Notes: a model not told the origin generated them from the letters alone. Counted from the first letter of the stretch, positions 31,332 through 42,257 are shown. The stretch: 64,000 nucleotides of DNA from Candidatus Bathyarchaeota archaeon (GCA_963702095.1 OY969706.1:672001-736000); one strand, 5' to 3'. Translations and numbers: made by a program.

Positions 31332-31334
31332 TGC

Positions 31335-32426
31335 ATGACGTTCATAAATCAAATGGAACCGTGGATAGGTGAAGAGGAAAAGAGAGCAGTCATAGCTTAT
31401 TTAGAAGGTGGTGGTTGGCTTACCGAATTTAAGAAGACCCGCGAGTTTGAACAAATGATTGCTAGTTATGTTAATTCTAAATATGTCTCGGTAGTTAATA
31501 ACGGAACCACTAGTTTAATCGTTGCTTTAATGAGTCTAGGTATAGGTCTCGATGACGAAGTCATTGTTCCAGATTATACGATGATCGCGTCGTCTAATGC
31601 TGTAATCTTCGCAGGAGCTAAGCCAATTTTAGTCGATATTGAGAAGGAAAACCTATGCTTAGATCTTCAAAAGACTGAAGAATCAATAACAGAAAGAACA
31701 AAAGCGATAATGCATGTCAGCATTAACGGCAGAAGCAACAATATGGAAAAAGTTATGTCTCTAGCTAGAAAGCATAACTTGTATGTGGTTGAAGATGCCG
31801 CCCAGTCCCTTGGGTCCAAGTTTAATGGTAAGCATCTAGGTACATTTGGCGATATTGGGAGTATTTCTTTTAGCGCTCCGAAAATTATTACAACAGGTCA
31901 GGGTGGAGCTTTACTGACTGATAATGAAGAAATATTTAAAAGAATTCTGATGGTTCGGGACTTTGGCCGTACAAAAGCGGGGGTAGACTATCACCAAGTA
32001 TTGGGTTTAAACGCCAAATTTACCGATATCCAAGCTGTAATTGGTATAGAGCAAATGAAAAAGCTAGATTGGAGGGTAAAACGAAAGAAAGAAATTTATA
32101 AGCTCTATTGTGAACAATTAGCTAAGCTCGACCAGATTGAATTAATAGAAACGAATCTTGAGGAAACGTCCCCTTGGTTTATGGATATTTTCGTTAGGGC
32201 ACATAGAACACAGCTGATGTCCTTTCTTAAGGAAAAAGGAATAGGCACCCGACTATTCTATCCACCTATTCATACCCAACCCCCTTATCTATGGGTAAAA
32301 GGGCAGTTCGAAAAGTCAACTTTTGTATCTGATCATGGATTGTGGCTTCCATCTTCTTCTTTTCTCACTGACGACCAAATTGAGTTCATCTGTAAAAATA
32401 TTAAGGCATTCTTTGACGGCAATTAG
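31335..32426 (+). CDS. DegT/DnrJ/EryC1/StrS PLP sugar aminotransferase (perosamine-synthase-like)
   Basis: NNGTTSL, EDAAQSLG, SFSAPKIITTGQGG with the Schiff-base Lys present, GLWLPSS. Confidence 0.92.
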   Translation: MTFINQMEPWIGEEEKRAVIAYLEGGGWLTEFKKTREFEQMIASYVNSKYVSVVNNGTTSLIVALMSLGIGLDDEVIVPDYTMIASSNAVIFAGAKPILVDIEKENLCLDLQKTEESITERTKAIMHVSINGRSNNMEKVMSLARKHNLYVVEDAAQSLGSKFNGKHLGTFGDIGSISFSAPKIITTGQGGALLTDNEEIFKRILMVRDFGRTKAGVDYHQVLGLNAKFTDIQAVIGIEQMKKLDWRVKRKKEIYKLYCEQLAKLDQIELIETNLEETSPWFMDIFVRAHRTQLMSFLKEKGIGTRLFYPPIHTQPPYLWVKGQFEKSTFVSDHGLWLPSSSFLTDDQIEFICKNIKAFFDGN

Positions 32427-32447
32427 GTGTTATTTGGAAAGTTGAAG

Positions 32448-33290
32448 TTATCCCTGTGGAGTAGCTAGAGAAAGTGTCGAGGCAACTATCATGCTGTCGC
32501 TTAGAATATAGTTCCGTGGGCTTCGGTAGTCTTGGTAAATGCCCGTATCAATGAACGCGCCATCGCATGTTGGGTCGCCTGTTCTTAGATCGTGGATGCC
32601 GGTGTGAACTTTATTAGCGTCAGTTAATGCGCCAGTTGTTGATGTTGATAACCACATTGTTAGATTGCCATTTTGTTTAAATTCGGCATAAATTACTACT
32701 CGGAACCATTGATTTAGTGGTGCGTTGTCAATCCAATATTGATTTTCACCTCCTGTGGAGTCTTTTTGGTAAAGATACATTTTGAGCATGCCGCTTTGAT
32801 TGCAAAGAATTATGCAGGCCGGCAATCCTGATGCATCGTCGCTCTTGCAGTGCATTTGCATAATATTGCACCAGTTGGCTGAAGGTGATATAGAGAATGT
32901 GCTTGGGATATACAATGCCGCACCAAAATAGAATTGTGGCGTGTCTTGCATCACATTCCAACGAATAAGTTTTGAACGCACAACACCGCTTGCAGGCGGG
33001 TTATTAATGCTCGAATTTGCGCTGTATGCGCCATTAAAAACGTTTGTTGACTCTAAAACCGAGCCTGAATTGCTGCTGCTCGGATAGGTTTGCACTTCAC
33101 CACCGTTTACTATTTCGTTGAAATTGCCGTTATCGAAAAAGGCGCTCCAATAGACTTGTCCACTTGATACCTGTCCTTGGGCGGTGACTGATTTTGAAAC
33201 CGTTGTGCTTGAATTGCCTGTTTGAATACCTATAGATAGGAGTAAACTTAGGGATAAAATTAGGATGATGGCTTTCTTAACTTCTTCCAT
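32448..33290 (-). CDS. Secreted polysaccharide-lyase-like jelly-roll protein (paralog B)
   Basis: Signal peptide; YWSAFFDNGNF, FYFGAALYIPSTF, NIMQMH, LNQWF, FIDTGIY motifs shared with paralogs A and C. Confidence 0.72.
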   Translation of the reverse strand: MEEVKKAIILILSLSLLLSIGIQTGNSSTTVSKSVTAQGQVSSGQVYWSAFFDNGNFNEIVNGGEVQTYPSSSNSGSVLESTNVFNGAYSANSSINNPPASGVVRSKLIRWNVMQDTPQFYFGAALYIPSTFSISPSANWCNIMQMHCKSDDASGLPACIILCNQSGMLKMYLYQKDSTGGENQYWIDNAPLNQWFRVVIYAEFKQNGNLTMWLSTSTTGALTDANKVHTGIHDLRTGDPTCDGAFIDTGIYQDYRSPRNYILSDSMIVASTLSLATPQG

Positions 33291-33574
33291 TTCACACCCA
33301 TCTATTGTGTTAAGACTTAATATAAGTGAGATATTTATGCCTTACTAATTGACAAACATTAGAATCATATTCTTTAATCTTTCACACATTTTACCACTGA
33401 TATGAATTTATTTTACCGTGAACCTTTTTGAGAAAATATGACTGACGTTCTCTTGTCTTCACTCAATCCAAAAGAAAAACAATGTGAATTATTACAACAC
33501 TATCCTTAAATAAAACATAAATATACGGTGAACTAACCCCTGATTTACAACAAACTGGGAAGGGCTATAATATA

Positions 33575-34824
33575 GTGACCGATAACATAGTTGGGCAGAA
33601 AAAAATTTATGTTGTTACCAATGGTTGCCCAGAAAATCGACTAGACGTATCCAGTGAACAAGAGCTTCTTAGGTAAAAAATGGGTTTATAGTCACAAAGA
33701 ACTGGCATGAGGCAGATTTTATCTTTTTTAATGCGTGTGGCCGGTCTGATGAATCAGCTCAATATTCACTGCAAATAATTAATTATATTCAAGAAACAAA
33801 AGGTAAGGATCAGATTCTGATTGTCTGGGGGTGTTTACCCAAGATAGATTTAGATTTATTGAAGCAAAACTTCGATGGAACTATTATCCCCGCCTCAGAT
33901 CTTAAAGAGTTCATAAAATCGCTAGGTGTTGTTGGAGAAATCGAACCGGTTGCAAGCAACAAGCTAGGCGAATCATGGCGATTAAGTAAGGACATAGCCT
34001 CTAACTATAGGCGTTATGAGGGCTCTCTGCTAAGTAGAGCATATAAAAAGGCTGGACTTAAATGGGAATCATATCTTAATTCTAACTTCAATCTTGTGAA
34101 GGATAAAGACCCGTCTATTTTCTACATTAAGGTATCTACCGGTTGTCATAGCAATTGCGCTTACTGCGCTATTAAGAAATCTAGGGGAATGACTAAAAGC
34201 AAACCAATACCCAAAGTCGTAGCAGAGTTTAGAACTGGTTTGCAACAGGGATTTAAAAAATTTAGTCTACTTGGTACTGATCTTAGCTCATATGGCATGG
34301 ATATTGGATGTACTCTCAATGATCTACTTAAGGAGCTTATACGAGAAAAGGGCGATTTCAAAATCAGTTTAAGAAACATAAATCCCGGCAATTTTAAGCG
34401 ACTGATCGATGACTTCCTGCCTTTACTTAGTAGCAATAAAATAGAATATCTTGAAATGGCTGCCGAATCAGGAAGCGATAGAATAATCAAGCTTATGAAT
34501 CGTACCTATACTATAGCTGAATTCAAAGAAATGGTCTCTAAAATCCGTAAAGCTTATCCCCAGTTCATTTTAAGAACTCAATTGATTGCGGGTTTTCCAA
34601 CCGAAACAGAGGAAGAATTCCAAGAGACCATGAATTTAGTAGACGATGTGGTTTTCGATTTTGTGGAAGTATATGAATTCTCAGAACGCAAAGGAACTAT
34701 TGCAGAGAAGTTGGAACCCAAAGTACCTGATAATATAAAAAAAAGACGGTATATGAAGTTATACAGAAAGGCGATTTTAAATAGAACCCCGCGGAAGATT
34801 AAACATATCATTCTGAATAAGTGA
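33575..34824 (+). pseudogene. MiaB/MtaB-like radical SAM methylthiotransferase without TRAM domain; 1-nt frameshift near 33672
   Basis: From GTG 33575: KIYVVTNGCPENRLD; after the shift ADFIFFNACG and LIVWGCLP (three N-terminal Cys); CHSNCAYC; ESGSDRIIKLMNR; IAGFPTETEEEF. Confidence 0.82.
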
Positions 34825-35045
34825 GAGCGGCCAGAAAATACTTTTTAAAGATCCAGTCCTAAAGAGAATATATTTCGTTGCTATCTTAAAAGTATGAAAT
34901 TTGTTCTATGTTTTTACCCCTAACGTACTTTTCTTGGGTGACTACATTATAATTAATCAGTTGCCCATTTCTATTGTATTTCTGATCAACAGAAACACGT
35001 GTAGATTAATACTGTAGTGCTTCGATATTACTTGCCGAGGAATGG

Positions 35046-36587
35046 ATGGCGTCTACTGAAAGTGAAATTTCACTTGAACGATTAATAAACTTATTAAGGC
35101 GAGTGAAGAATGCTGTCTTTAAGTTTGCTTTAGTATTTCTTACTACTTTTCAAGTATTCAATGATAGGGCAATTAAATCCAGTTTATTACTTACTAAGCA
35201 TGTTTTGAGAACATTATCCGTTCAATTGATTACTAAAGGAAAAGGCATATCGAAAGAAAAATTGGCAAGTGCTTTTACTATTACTTTATTGATATTTGCA
35301 TTTGTTGGATTTTTCACTTCGATTGGATTCTTCGGTTCAGCCGCCTCTCCTCCCTCTTTTTCCTCTTATCAACAATATTCACAATGGATGAGAACTTCTC
35401 CCTTTTCTGCTGCTACTTCACTAAATCCGACTGCTAATTTGGATCCTTTTCCGGTTCCTAGGTATGATCATCCGCTTGTTACTCAAACTCCAGCACCAAC
35501 TACCTCAAAAATAACTACTCCCACAGAAACGCCCTCGGTCACTGTTTCTCCTGCTCTCACCAGTAACTCATCCGCTTCCACAGCCCCTGCGCCTACTCTT
35601 TCTCCAACATCCACTCCAACACCTGCTCCCTTACCGACGACTACTCCTTCTCCAACATCCACTCCAACACCTGCTCCCTTACCGACGACTACTCCTTCTC
35701 CAACATCCACTCCAACACCTGCTCCCTTACCGACGACTACTCCTTCTCCAACATCCACTCCAACACCTGCTCCCTTACCGACGACTACTCCTTCTCCAAC
35801 TTCAACACCCACCCCAACAACACGACCTACTCCAACACCATCACCTACTCCCTCACCCACCACTAAACCAGACAGCGGAACACTATACTGGAAAGCCGAC
35901 TTCGAAGAAGGCAACTTCCAAGACCTAACAGGCACAGCAAAAACATCCAACGGCGAAGCACAAGTAACCCCCGGCGCCACCCTAAACGTAGAAACAAGCA
36001 ACGTCTTCGCCGGACACTACGCAGCCCAAGCCACAGTAACATACTCCTCAGGAATAAACCACGCCAAAGCAATAAGCTGGACACCAGCAAGAAACATAGC
36101 GGACTTCTACTTCGGTGCTGCAATATATTTGCCTTCTGATTTTGTGTCAAAAATAGGTAGTTCTGGTTGGGTTAATGTAATGCAGGTTCATGGTATGACT
36201 AGTAATGATGTTCCTGCTGCTTTGATTGCGAATAAGCTGTCTGATGGTTCGGTAAAGTTTACGTTGTGGAGTATGGTGGACGGCGGAGCGTGGAGAACTG
36301 TGTGGCAGGACACAGTGGATGTTTCGAATTATTTGGGTAAGTGGTTTACGGTGGTTATGCATATTCATTCGGTTTCTAATGGTGTGTTGGAGCTTTGGAT
36401 AAATGGTGATTGGAAGGTGACTAGTTATTCAAATTATGCTCCCTCTGATGAATATGCGAACGGTTTTGTTGACGCCGGCATATATCTTGGTTCGGGTACG
36501 CCTAATACTTTGCCTATGACAGTATACATTGACAATATGGTTCTAGCCTCCACATACGCCACAACCTACTCCGCCCTATACTCCTAA
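35046..36587 (+). CDS. Membrane-anchored PT-repeat protein with lyase-like jelly-roll domain (paralog C)
   Basis: TM helix, long PT linker, C-terminal domain nearly identical in protein sequence to 16245..17267. Confidence 0.8.
   Translation: MASTESEISLERLINLLRRVKNAVFKFALVFLTTFQVFNDRAIKSSLLLTKHVLRTLSVQLITKGKGISKEKLASAFTITLLIFAFVGFFTSIGFFGSAASPPSFSSYQQYSQWMRTSPFSAATSLNPTANLDPFPVPRYDHPLVTQTPAPTTSKITTPTETPSVTVSPALTSNSSASTAPAPTLSPTSTPTPAPLPTTTPSPTSTPTPAPLPTTTPSPTSTPTPAPLPTTTPSPTSTPTPAPLPTTTPSPTSTPTPTTRPTPTPSPTPSPTTKPDSGTLYWKADFEEGNFQDLTGTAKTSNGEAQVTPGATLNVETSNVFAGHYAAQATVTYSSGINHAKAISWTPARNIADFYFGAAIYLPSDFVSKIGSSGWVNVMQVHGMTSNDVPAALIANKLSDGSVKFTLWSMVDGGAWRTVWQDTVDVSNYLGKWFTVVMHIHSVSNGVLELWINGDWKVTSYSNYAPSDEYANGFVDAGIYLGSGTPNTLPMTVYIDNMVLASTYATTYSALYS
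35601..35800 (+). repeat. Four tandem 48-bp repeats encoding SPTSTPTPAPLPTTTP
   Basis: TCTCCAACATCCACTCCAACACCTGCTCCCTTACCGACGACTACTCCT repeated 4 times plus a partial copy. Confidence 0.93.
35785..36157. repeat. 373-bp inverted repeat, right copy (partner 16675..17047)
   Basis: Matches the reverse complement of 16675..17047. Confidence 0.92.
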
Positions 36588-36982
36588 AACTCGTTTTGAT
36601 TGATCTCGTCTGCTTCTCCAGCCCTATCAACGCTTAGATTATAGTGAGCAGTTTCTCCCATTTCTGTTTGCACTATCTTCCGTAAAACGGAAGCGTCATT
36701 AAAGGCACCCTACGCTTTCTGTTGATTTCTCCGCTCTTCACTCAAACCCTTTTTTGGCATCTTCTCTCTGATGGTTAGCGGTGACTTTAATTTTTTAGCT
36801 TTTAATTATGCTTAAAAAGCGGTTTGACGCCAAAAAGGATGAAGGTAGTTTTTTTGGCATTGGTATCCTCAAGCAAATAATTGTTTTTTCAATTGCTGCT
36901 TATTAACTATTTGAAATGGCAACGCATTAAGAACAGGTGATATCATTTAACGTTTATACTTCCATTTTCGGCATGCCTAACT

Positions 36983-37702
36983 TCACGTGCAATCTCTGCG
37001 CATATATATGCAATCACAAAACAGTAAATGTCCATTTTTTGGGTTTCTCAAAAATGACTCGCTTCCTTTAAAAACAAAACCTAATGATTTAAGCATTGAG
37101 TGTATGTCGTCAAAGTATAATGCGTGTTGATAACATGGTTCAAGGCTCGTTTCTACGATAAGCCATCTAGATCGTTGTATTGTTTTTTTTCCTCCCTCTA
37201 TTACCTTATCTTCAAAACCTTGAACATCAATTTTGATGAGAATGTTGTCCTCCACTTGGATTGAGTCCGCAATATCATCAAGCTTTCGAACATCTATCTT
37301 CTCTTCTTTAGTCTTTTCTGCAAAAGGGAAGGCTTCTTTATGAATCTGCCCCATCTGAAGCAGAGAAGAGCTGTCAGAAAATTCATTATGATAAATTATA
37401 CCCTTTCCATTATAATTTCCAAGAGCAACATTGAAACAACGAGAGCCAGCCATCTTCCTTATCTTGTCTTGCAGTTTGTCATAGCAATGTGCAAGCGGTT
37501 CGAAGGAATAAATCTTAGCGTCTGGTAAGAGCTGGTGAAAAAAAACTGCGGAGCTACCAATATCTGCGCCTATGTCAAGGATTGTTTTAATCCGCTCGCT
37601 CAATAGCCATCCATACGCTGGCCATTTGTCTTTCTTTGTAATCTCCAATCCGACGGTATTGAAAGTCTTCTTAACCATTCGTTCTAAAGCATTTTCAGGC
37701 AT
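36983..37702 (-). CDS. FkbM-family methyltransferase
   Basis: ILDIGADIG, IYSFEP, VRKLDD, LIKIDVQGFEDKVIEG. Confidence 0.92.
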   Translation of the reverse strand: MPENALERMVKKTFNTVGLEITKKDKWPAYGWLLSERIKTILDIGADIGSSAVFFHQLLPDAKIYSFEPLAHCYDKLQDKIRKMAGSRCFNVALGNYNGKGIIYHNEFSDSSSLLQMGQIHKEAFPFAEKTKEEKIDVRKLDDIADSIQVEDNILIKIDVQGFEDKVIEGGKKTIQRSRWLIVETSLEPCYQHALYFDDIHSMLKSLGFVFKGSESFLRNPKNGHLLFCDCIYMRRDCT

Positions 37703-38046
37703 TATGCATCAACTAACTTTTTTTGCTGTGGGTCTGATCTCAATTGCCTAAACTCTTGATACATAACTACGACAATTAAACACTAAGCAGAGTACTCCTT
37801 TTTTAACAATTCGCTCTCTTGGCGAAATGACTAAATTTGTTAATAATTCTTGCATTTATTATCAAGATAATTGGCGCGCTCCTGTTTCATACACAAGGGG
37901 AGCTCCAAGACGGAATATGTCTAATTGATTTCTTTTGAAATAAAAGAAAAGTGTTAAGCAGTCGAGTAGCTAGAGGAAAGACAGACAGGCAAAATAGGGA
38001 TAATTTTATTTGTACATCTGAGGGATAGTATGTCTGAGGAAGGCAA

Positions 38047-40258
38047 TTGAATCCATTCACTAAGAGAGAAAAAATGTTGATAGCTATATTTACTACTGTT
38101 TTACTTCTATTTTCTTTTGTAATAGCAAGTTACGCTTATGCTGAAAACATGCGTACTGCTGCATCAGATAATGTAGTTTCGCTTGATAGCAATGGCGGCA
38201 TTACTGTAGGTGGTAACATTACTGGTGCTTCTATTATTGGCGGTCATTTCTATTGGAGTAATGGTGTTGAACTGAGCGACGGTGTGGGTGGTGAATCTGT
38301 CTGGTATAACGGGACAGGCGTACCCGCAAATAGCTTGGGTAGCGACGGCGATTACTACCTGAGGCTAGATAATGGCTACGTTTATAACAAGGATTCTGGC
38401 TCTTGGGTGCAAGTTGCCGACTTAACTGGGCCTCAAGGTATTCAAGGTTTGAAGGGCGATAAAGGTGATACTGGTTCTGTTGGTCCTGCTGGGCCTTCAA
38501 GGTATTCAAGGTTTGAAGGGTGATACTGGCGCTTCGGGTGCTGTTGGTCCTGCTGGAGCCGATGGCAAAGATGGTTTGAAGGGCGATAAAGGTGATACTG
38601 GTTCTGTTGGTCCTGCTGGGCATCAAGGTATTCAAGGTTTGAAGGGTGATACTGGCGCTTCGGGTGCTGTTGGTCCTGCTGGAGCCGATGGCAAAGATGC
38701 GACCCAAATCATAGGATCATATAACTTCTTTATTGGCAAGTGGCCTAACGCAACCTACTATGCTCAGAATGGCACAGATGGCTGCATCACTTTTACTTCA
38801 AATGATTGTACGCAAGTTTTGCAACCATTAGTTAATGATATGCATAGCGGTGGGAAATTTCTATTCGGACAAGGTATATTCTATTTCAATTCAACGGTCT
38901 ATTTGCCATACGGCGTTAACTTCGACATTGAAGGAATGGCTACACCAACATGGGTTTATCCGTTAGCCGTAATATCAAACTCTACACCAACAGACGGAAC
39001 ACAACTTAGAATAGGAGCTAATTTCTTGACAAATGGAAGCACAACCTATCTTTTCTACCGCAATACGGGAAGCGCATCTCAAGGAGCATTAACAATCAAA
39101 AATTTAGCAATCATGCCGCCTTGGGGAGAAACCGTTGGCAACACCCTAATATATGGAATATACGATAGAAACGATGGTGTGATCACAGAGGATAACCTGT
39201 TGTTTGTTCCCTATGGCTGGGCAGAAGCTGGACAACTCAAACCAAATTTATCTGTACTCAACAATTTAGCCAGTCAAGTTCTAATAGGTGATGGCGGGGC
39301 AAGCGAACTAAGAATTGGCTATATTAGCGAATTTGGCTTAAACGCTCCTACATCATGTGGTGGCTTTGATAATATATATGTTCAGAGAATCACAACTGAC
39401 AGATGCATTGCGCCTTTACAATTTCAAGCGATTTGGCAAAACAACATAAATGAAATTGATTGCTACAACCCATATAATGAAATCGCTGATATTCATGTAG
39501 CCAATATAGTTGCAAGCACTAGGGGCCTTAATGCAGCAACAAGCGTCATTAATACCTTAAATGTCGAAAGTTTTGATTTTGCCCCAAACAATGGTACTTA
39601 CCTAATAAAATTACTGAACACGACAACGGATTACATAACAATTAACCATGCGATGATTTGGGACGGTCCATGGGGAAGCTCATACAAAAGTCTTACGAAC
39701 AACAATATGCTATTATTAGGCTCGAATAGCGTATTCAACTTAGCCGGCAACCAAAAATGGATAACATATACAAGCGGAGTAGAAACCTTTGTATGGGGTA
39801 ATCATCAAGTCGGGACAAATACTCAAACAGGAGTAATAAACCAAGCATACTGCCAATATTATCAAGTAACAACACCCCAGAGAATCAACCAGATCAACTG
39901 TCCATTGCAGACTGTTAGCGGCACAGGCAATCTTATGCTCTTAATATATGCAGACCATGGAAATACGCCAACAGGTGGCTCTCTACTTTACTCAGCTTCC
40001 GTTTCAACAGCCGCAAGTCCAGTAGTATTCAATAACATCAATCTAATGATAAATGATACAACTTCTATTTGGATATGCTTTATGACTTCTGATACAACAA
40101 TGACCTTATATCGTCAAAGCGCGATGAGTGTTTTTAGCGATATGCGTGATGGTTGCTACTTCACATCTCCAACATTTGCAGCACCAACGACTTGTCCAAT
40201 AACGACTTTAGACGCTAGCAAAGATATTACTTGCTTAATAGGGTACACGCCATTTTAG
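38047..40258 (+). pseudogene. Secreted collagen-like protein with beta-helix-like/tail-fibre-like C-terminus; +1 frameshift near 38496
   Basis: Signal peptide; WYNGTGVP...GDYYL...VYNK..GSW; Gly-X-Y run broken at GGGCCTTCAAGG, whereas sister repeats read GGGCCTCAAGG and GGGCATCAAGG. Confidence 0.82.
38446..38699 (+). repeat. Two tandem copies of about 126 bp within the collagen region
   Basis: GGTTTGAAGGGCGATAAAGGTGATACTGG...GCCGATGGCAAAGATG occurs twice; the first copy carries the extra base. Confidence 0.88.
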
Positions 40259-40820
40259 AATGCCTTTTTTTGGCTTAGAGGTAGGTTTCGGATAGCTTGG
40301 AACCAACCAAGCTCATCTTTTCTTCAATTATCAGAAAATTAACAATTCGTAAATATTAACAGTTTTGCTAGCAATATTTTGGAATTGTTCACAAGCTTGT
40401 TTATATCTGAGAATATGTGACTTTTCTATTATATTCTTGTTTTGGGAATACTTCTTATATGCTTTTTTTGCCTAGCTACCGGTAAGCAAAACATCGAGCA
40501 TATGCGTTCACTGATAAGCAGTTTTCCCCTCGATAGCTGCAAAATACTTAAAAGTCCAAGTGTCGAATGGTAATTGAAATGTCAGCTAGTGAGCACTCCC
40601 TTTAGAGAGGGATTTACCAGATATATCTATGCAGGTAACTAGAAGAGAATGCTAAACCGTAAACTGGAACTGAAAGGTGAAACACGTTTGGAAAAAATTG
40701 TGGCCGAGGGAGCACAATTGCTTGGGATGGTGGAATATGATGGTGTTAAGTACGCAATTCAGCATAGACTATAGAAACCTCAAGGTCACTAGCTCATTTA
40801 GCGAATCAACAGCTAAGGCG

Positions 40821-41504
40821 ATGAATTTGATTAGGTCAACGCAGGTTATTATAGCGGCTCTAAATGAACAAGACGGTTTGTGTTTAACAATCAAAGAGAT
40901 TAAAGCCGCCCTGGGTAACCCTCGTATTTTAGTTATCGATGGAAATAGTACCGATAAAACTGTAGAAGTTGGTAAAAAACTCGGAGCAAGAGTTGTTTAT
41001 CAAGACGGACAAGGAAAGGGGGATGCGTTAGCCAAAGGCATAGAGTGCATGGACCGGGTCAAATATGTGGTCTTCATAGATGCTGACTTTACCTATCCTG
41101 CAGGTCATATCAACGAAATGATTCATATCTTGGAAGAACACCCAGAAGTTGGAATGGTATGTGGTGATAGATTCAAAACCAGAGATGGTCATAAAGCACA
41201 AAATAGGATCTTTTACATTGGCAATCTCCTGATAGCCTTCGCGTACAACGTTTTAAATAGCGTCCAATTAAAGGATCCGCTTACAGGTCTTCGAGTTGTT
41301 CGCGCTGAACTTCTTAAAGGATGGAAAATACAATCTAAAGGTTTCGATATAGAGGTTGAATTAAACCATTACGTTGAGCGCAGGGGATTTGGTATAATCG
41401 AGATCCCAATCGATTATAGACCACGCATAGGAGAAAAAAAATTGAGAGTTAGACACGGCGTAGCGATTCTAAAACGGATAGTTATCGAAACCATTAACCA
41501 ATAA
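40821..41504 (+). CDS. GT2 glycosyltransferase, dolichol-phosphate-sugar synthase (DPM1-like)
   Basis: IIAALNE, VIDGNSTDKT, GKGDAL, FIDADFTY, DPLTGLR, GFDIEVEL; ATG 40821 preferred as start. Confidence 0.9.
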   Translation: MNLIRSTQVIIAALNEQDGLCLTIKEIKAALGNPRILVIDGNSTDKTVEVGKKLGARVVYQDGQGKGDALAKGIECMDRVKYVVFIDADFTYPAGHINEMIHILEEHPEVGMVCGDRFKTRDGHKAQNRIFYIGNLLIAFAYNVLNSVQLKDPLTGLRVVRAELLKGWKIQSKGFDIEVELNHYVERRGFGIIEIPIDYRPRIGEKKLRVRHGVAILKRIVIETINQ

Positions 41505-41558
41505 GAGGAAAATGAGAGATGTTGCAGTGCGATGTTGTAAGCCAGCAACGTCTGCGGA

Positions 41559-42257
41559 TTATCCCTTTAGATATGCCCTAAAAATTGAAAACAATATTTT
41601 GCTGCCATCCACCAAGGGGTCCACGCCTGAACGCCCGTAGGTGCGCTGCTCAAAAGTTATGGGCACCTCAGCCACTCGAAAGCCGGCTTTAGCGGTTTTT
41701 ACCAGCATTTCAGATTCTATTTCATATTCGCTTGACTTTAACGTTTGGTAACTGAGTACTTCCCGTTTCATCACGCGGTAACCTGACTGGCTATCCGTTA
41801 TGGCGATGCCGGTTAAGAGCTTGATAAGGTAGTTGAAGATTTTGACGCCGAACTTGTTGAGTTTGCGTGCCGCGACCCGTTTGTGGTTCATATAACGGCT
41901 GCCAATAACCATATCCGCCTGATCGGTCAGTACTGGCGATAGAACCTCGGGAAGTTCTTCGGGCAAATGTGAACCGTCGGAGTCCATTGTGACGATTAAG
42001 TCACCGTGGGCTTTGGCAAAACCCGCGCGCAACGCATAGCCTTTGCCCAGATGCTCCCTAAGAGAATACACTCTCACCCTTCGATGAAGCGCCACTTCAA
42101 GAGACCGGTCAAAAGAAAGGTCGTTTACAACGATTATCTCGTAGGGGCAACCGATTTGTCCTGCTGCGTCTTTGGCGCGGTCAATGATGTTGCCTACGGT
42201 TAATTCCTCGTTGTAGACGGGAATTATGATGGAAAGCAGCATTTGACGTTTGCCCAT
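41559..42257 (-). CDS. GT2 glycosyltransferase, DPM1-like
   Basis: SIIIPVYNEE, GKGYALRAGF, MDSDGSH, IGSRY, DSQSGYR, YEIESE. Confidence 0.92.
   Translation of the reverse strand: MGKRQMLLSIIIPVYNEELTVGNIIDRAKDAAGQIGCPYEIIVVNDLSFDRSLEVALHRRVRVYSLREHLGKGYALRAGFAKAHGDLIVTMDSDGSHLPEELPEVLSPVLTDQADMVIGSRYMNHKRVAARKLNKFGVKIFNYLIKLLTGIAITDSQSGYRVMKREVLSYQTLKSSEYEIESEMLVKTAKAGFRVAEVPITFEQRTYGRSGVDPLVDGSKILFSIFRAYLKG

Noticed and set aside
31335-32426. ColD (colitose pathway) assignment for the PLP enzyme
   Set aside because: Active-site Lys is retained (SFSAPK); ColD has His at this position.
35601-35800. Regular 48-bp repeats as a possible CRISPR array
   Set aside because: No unique spacers; in-frame coding repeats of a Pro/Thr linker; no cas genes.
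16245-36587. Paralog pair as template and variable repeats of a diversity-generating retroelement
   Set aside because: No reverse transcriptase in the window; differences are mostly synonymous and not restricted to adenines.
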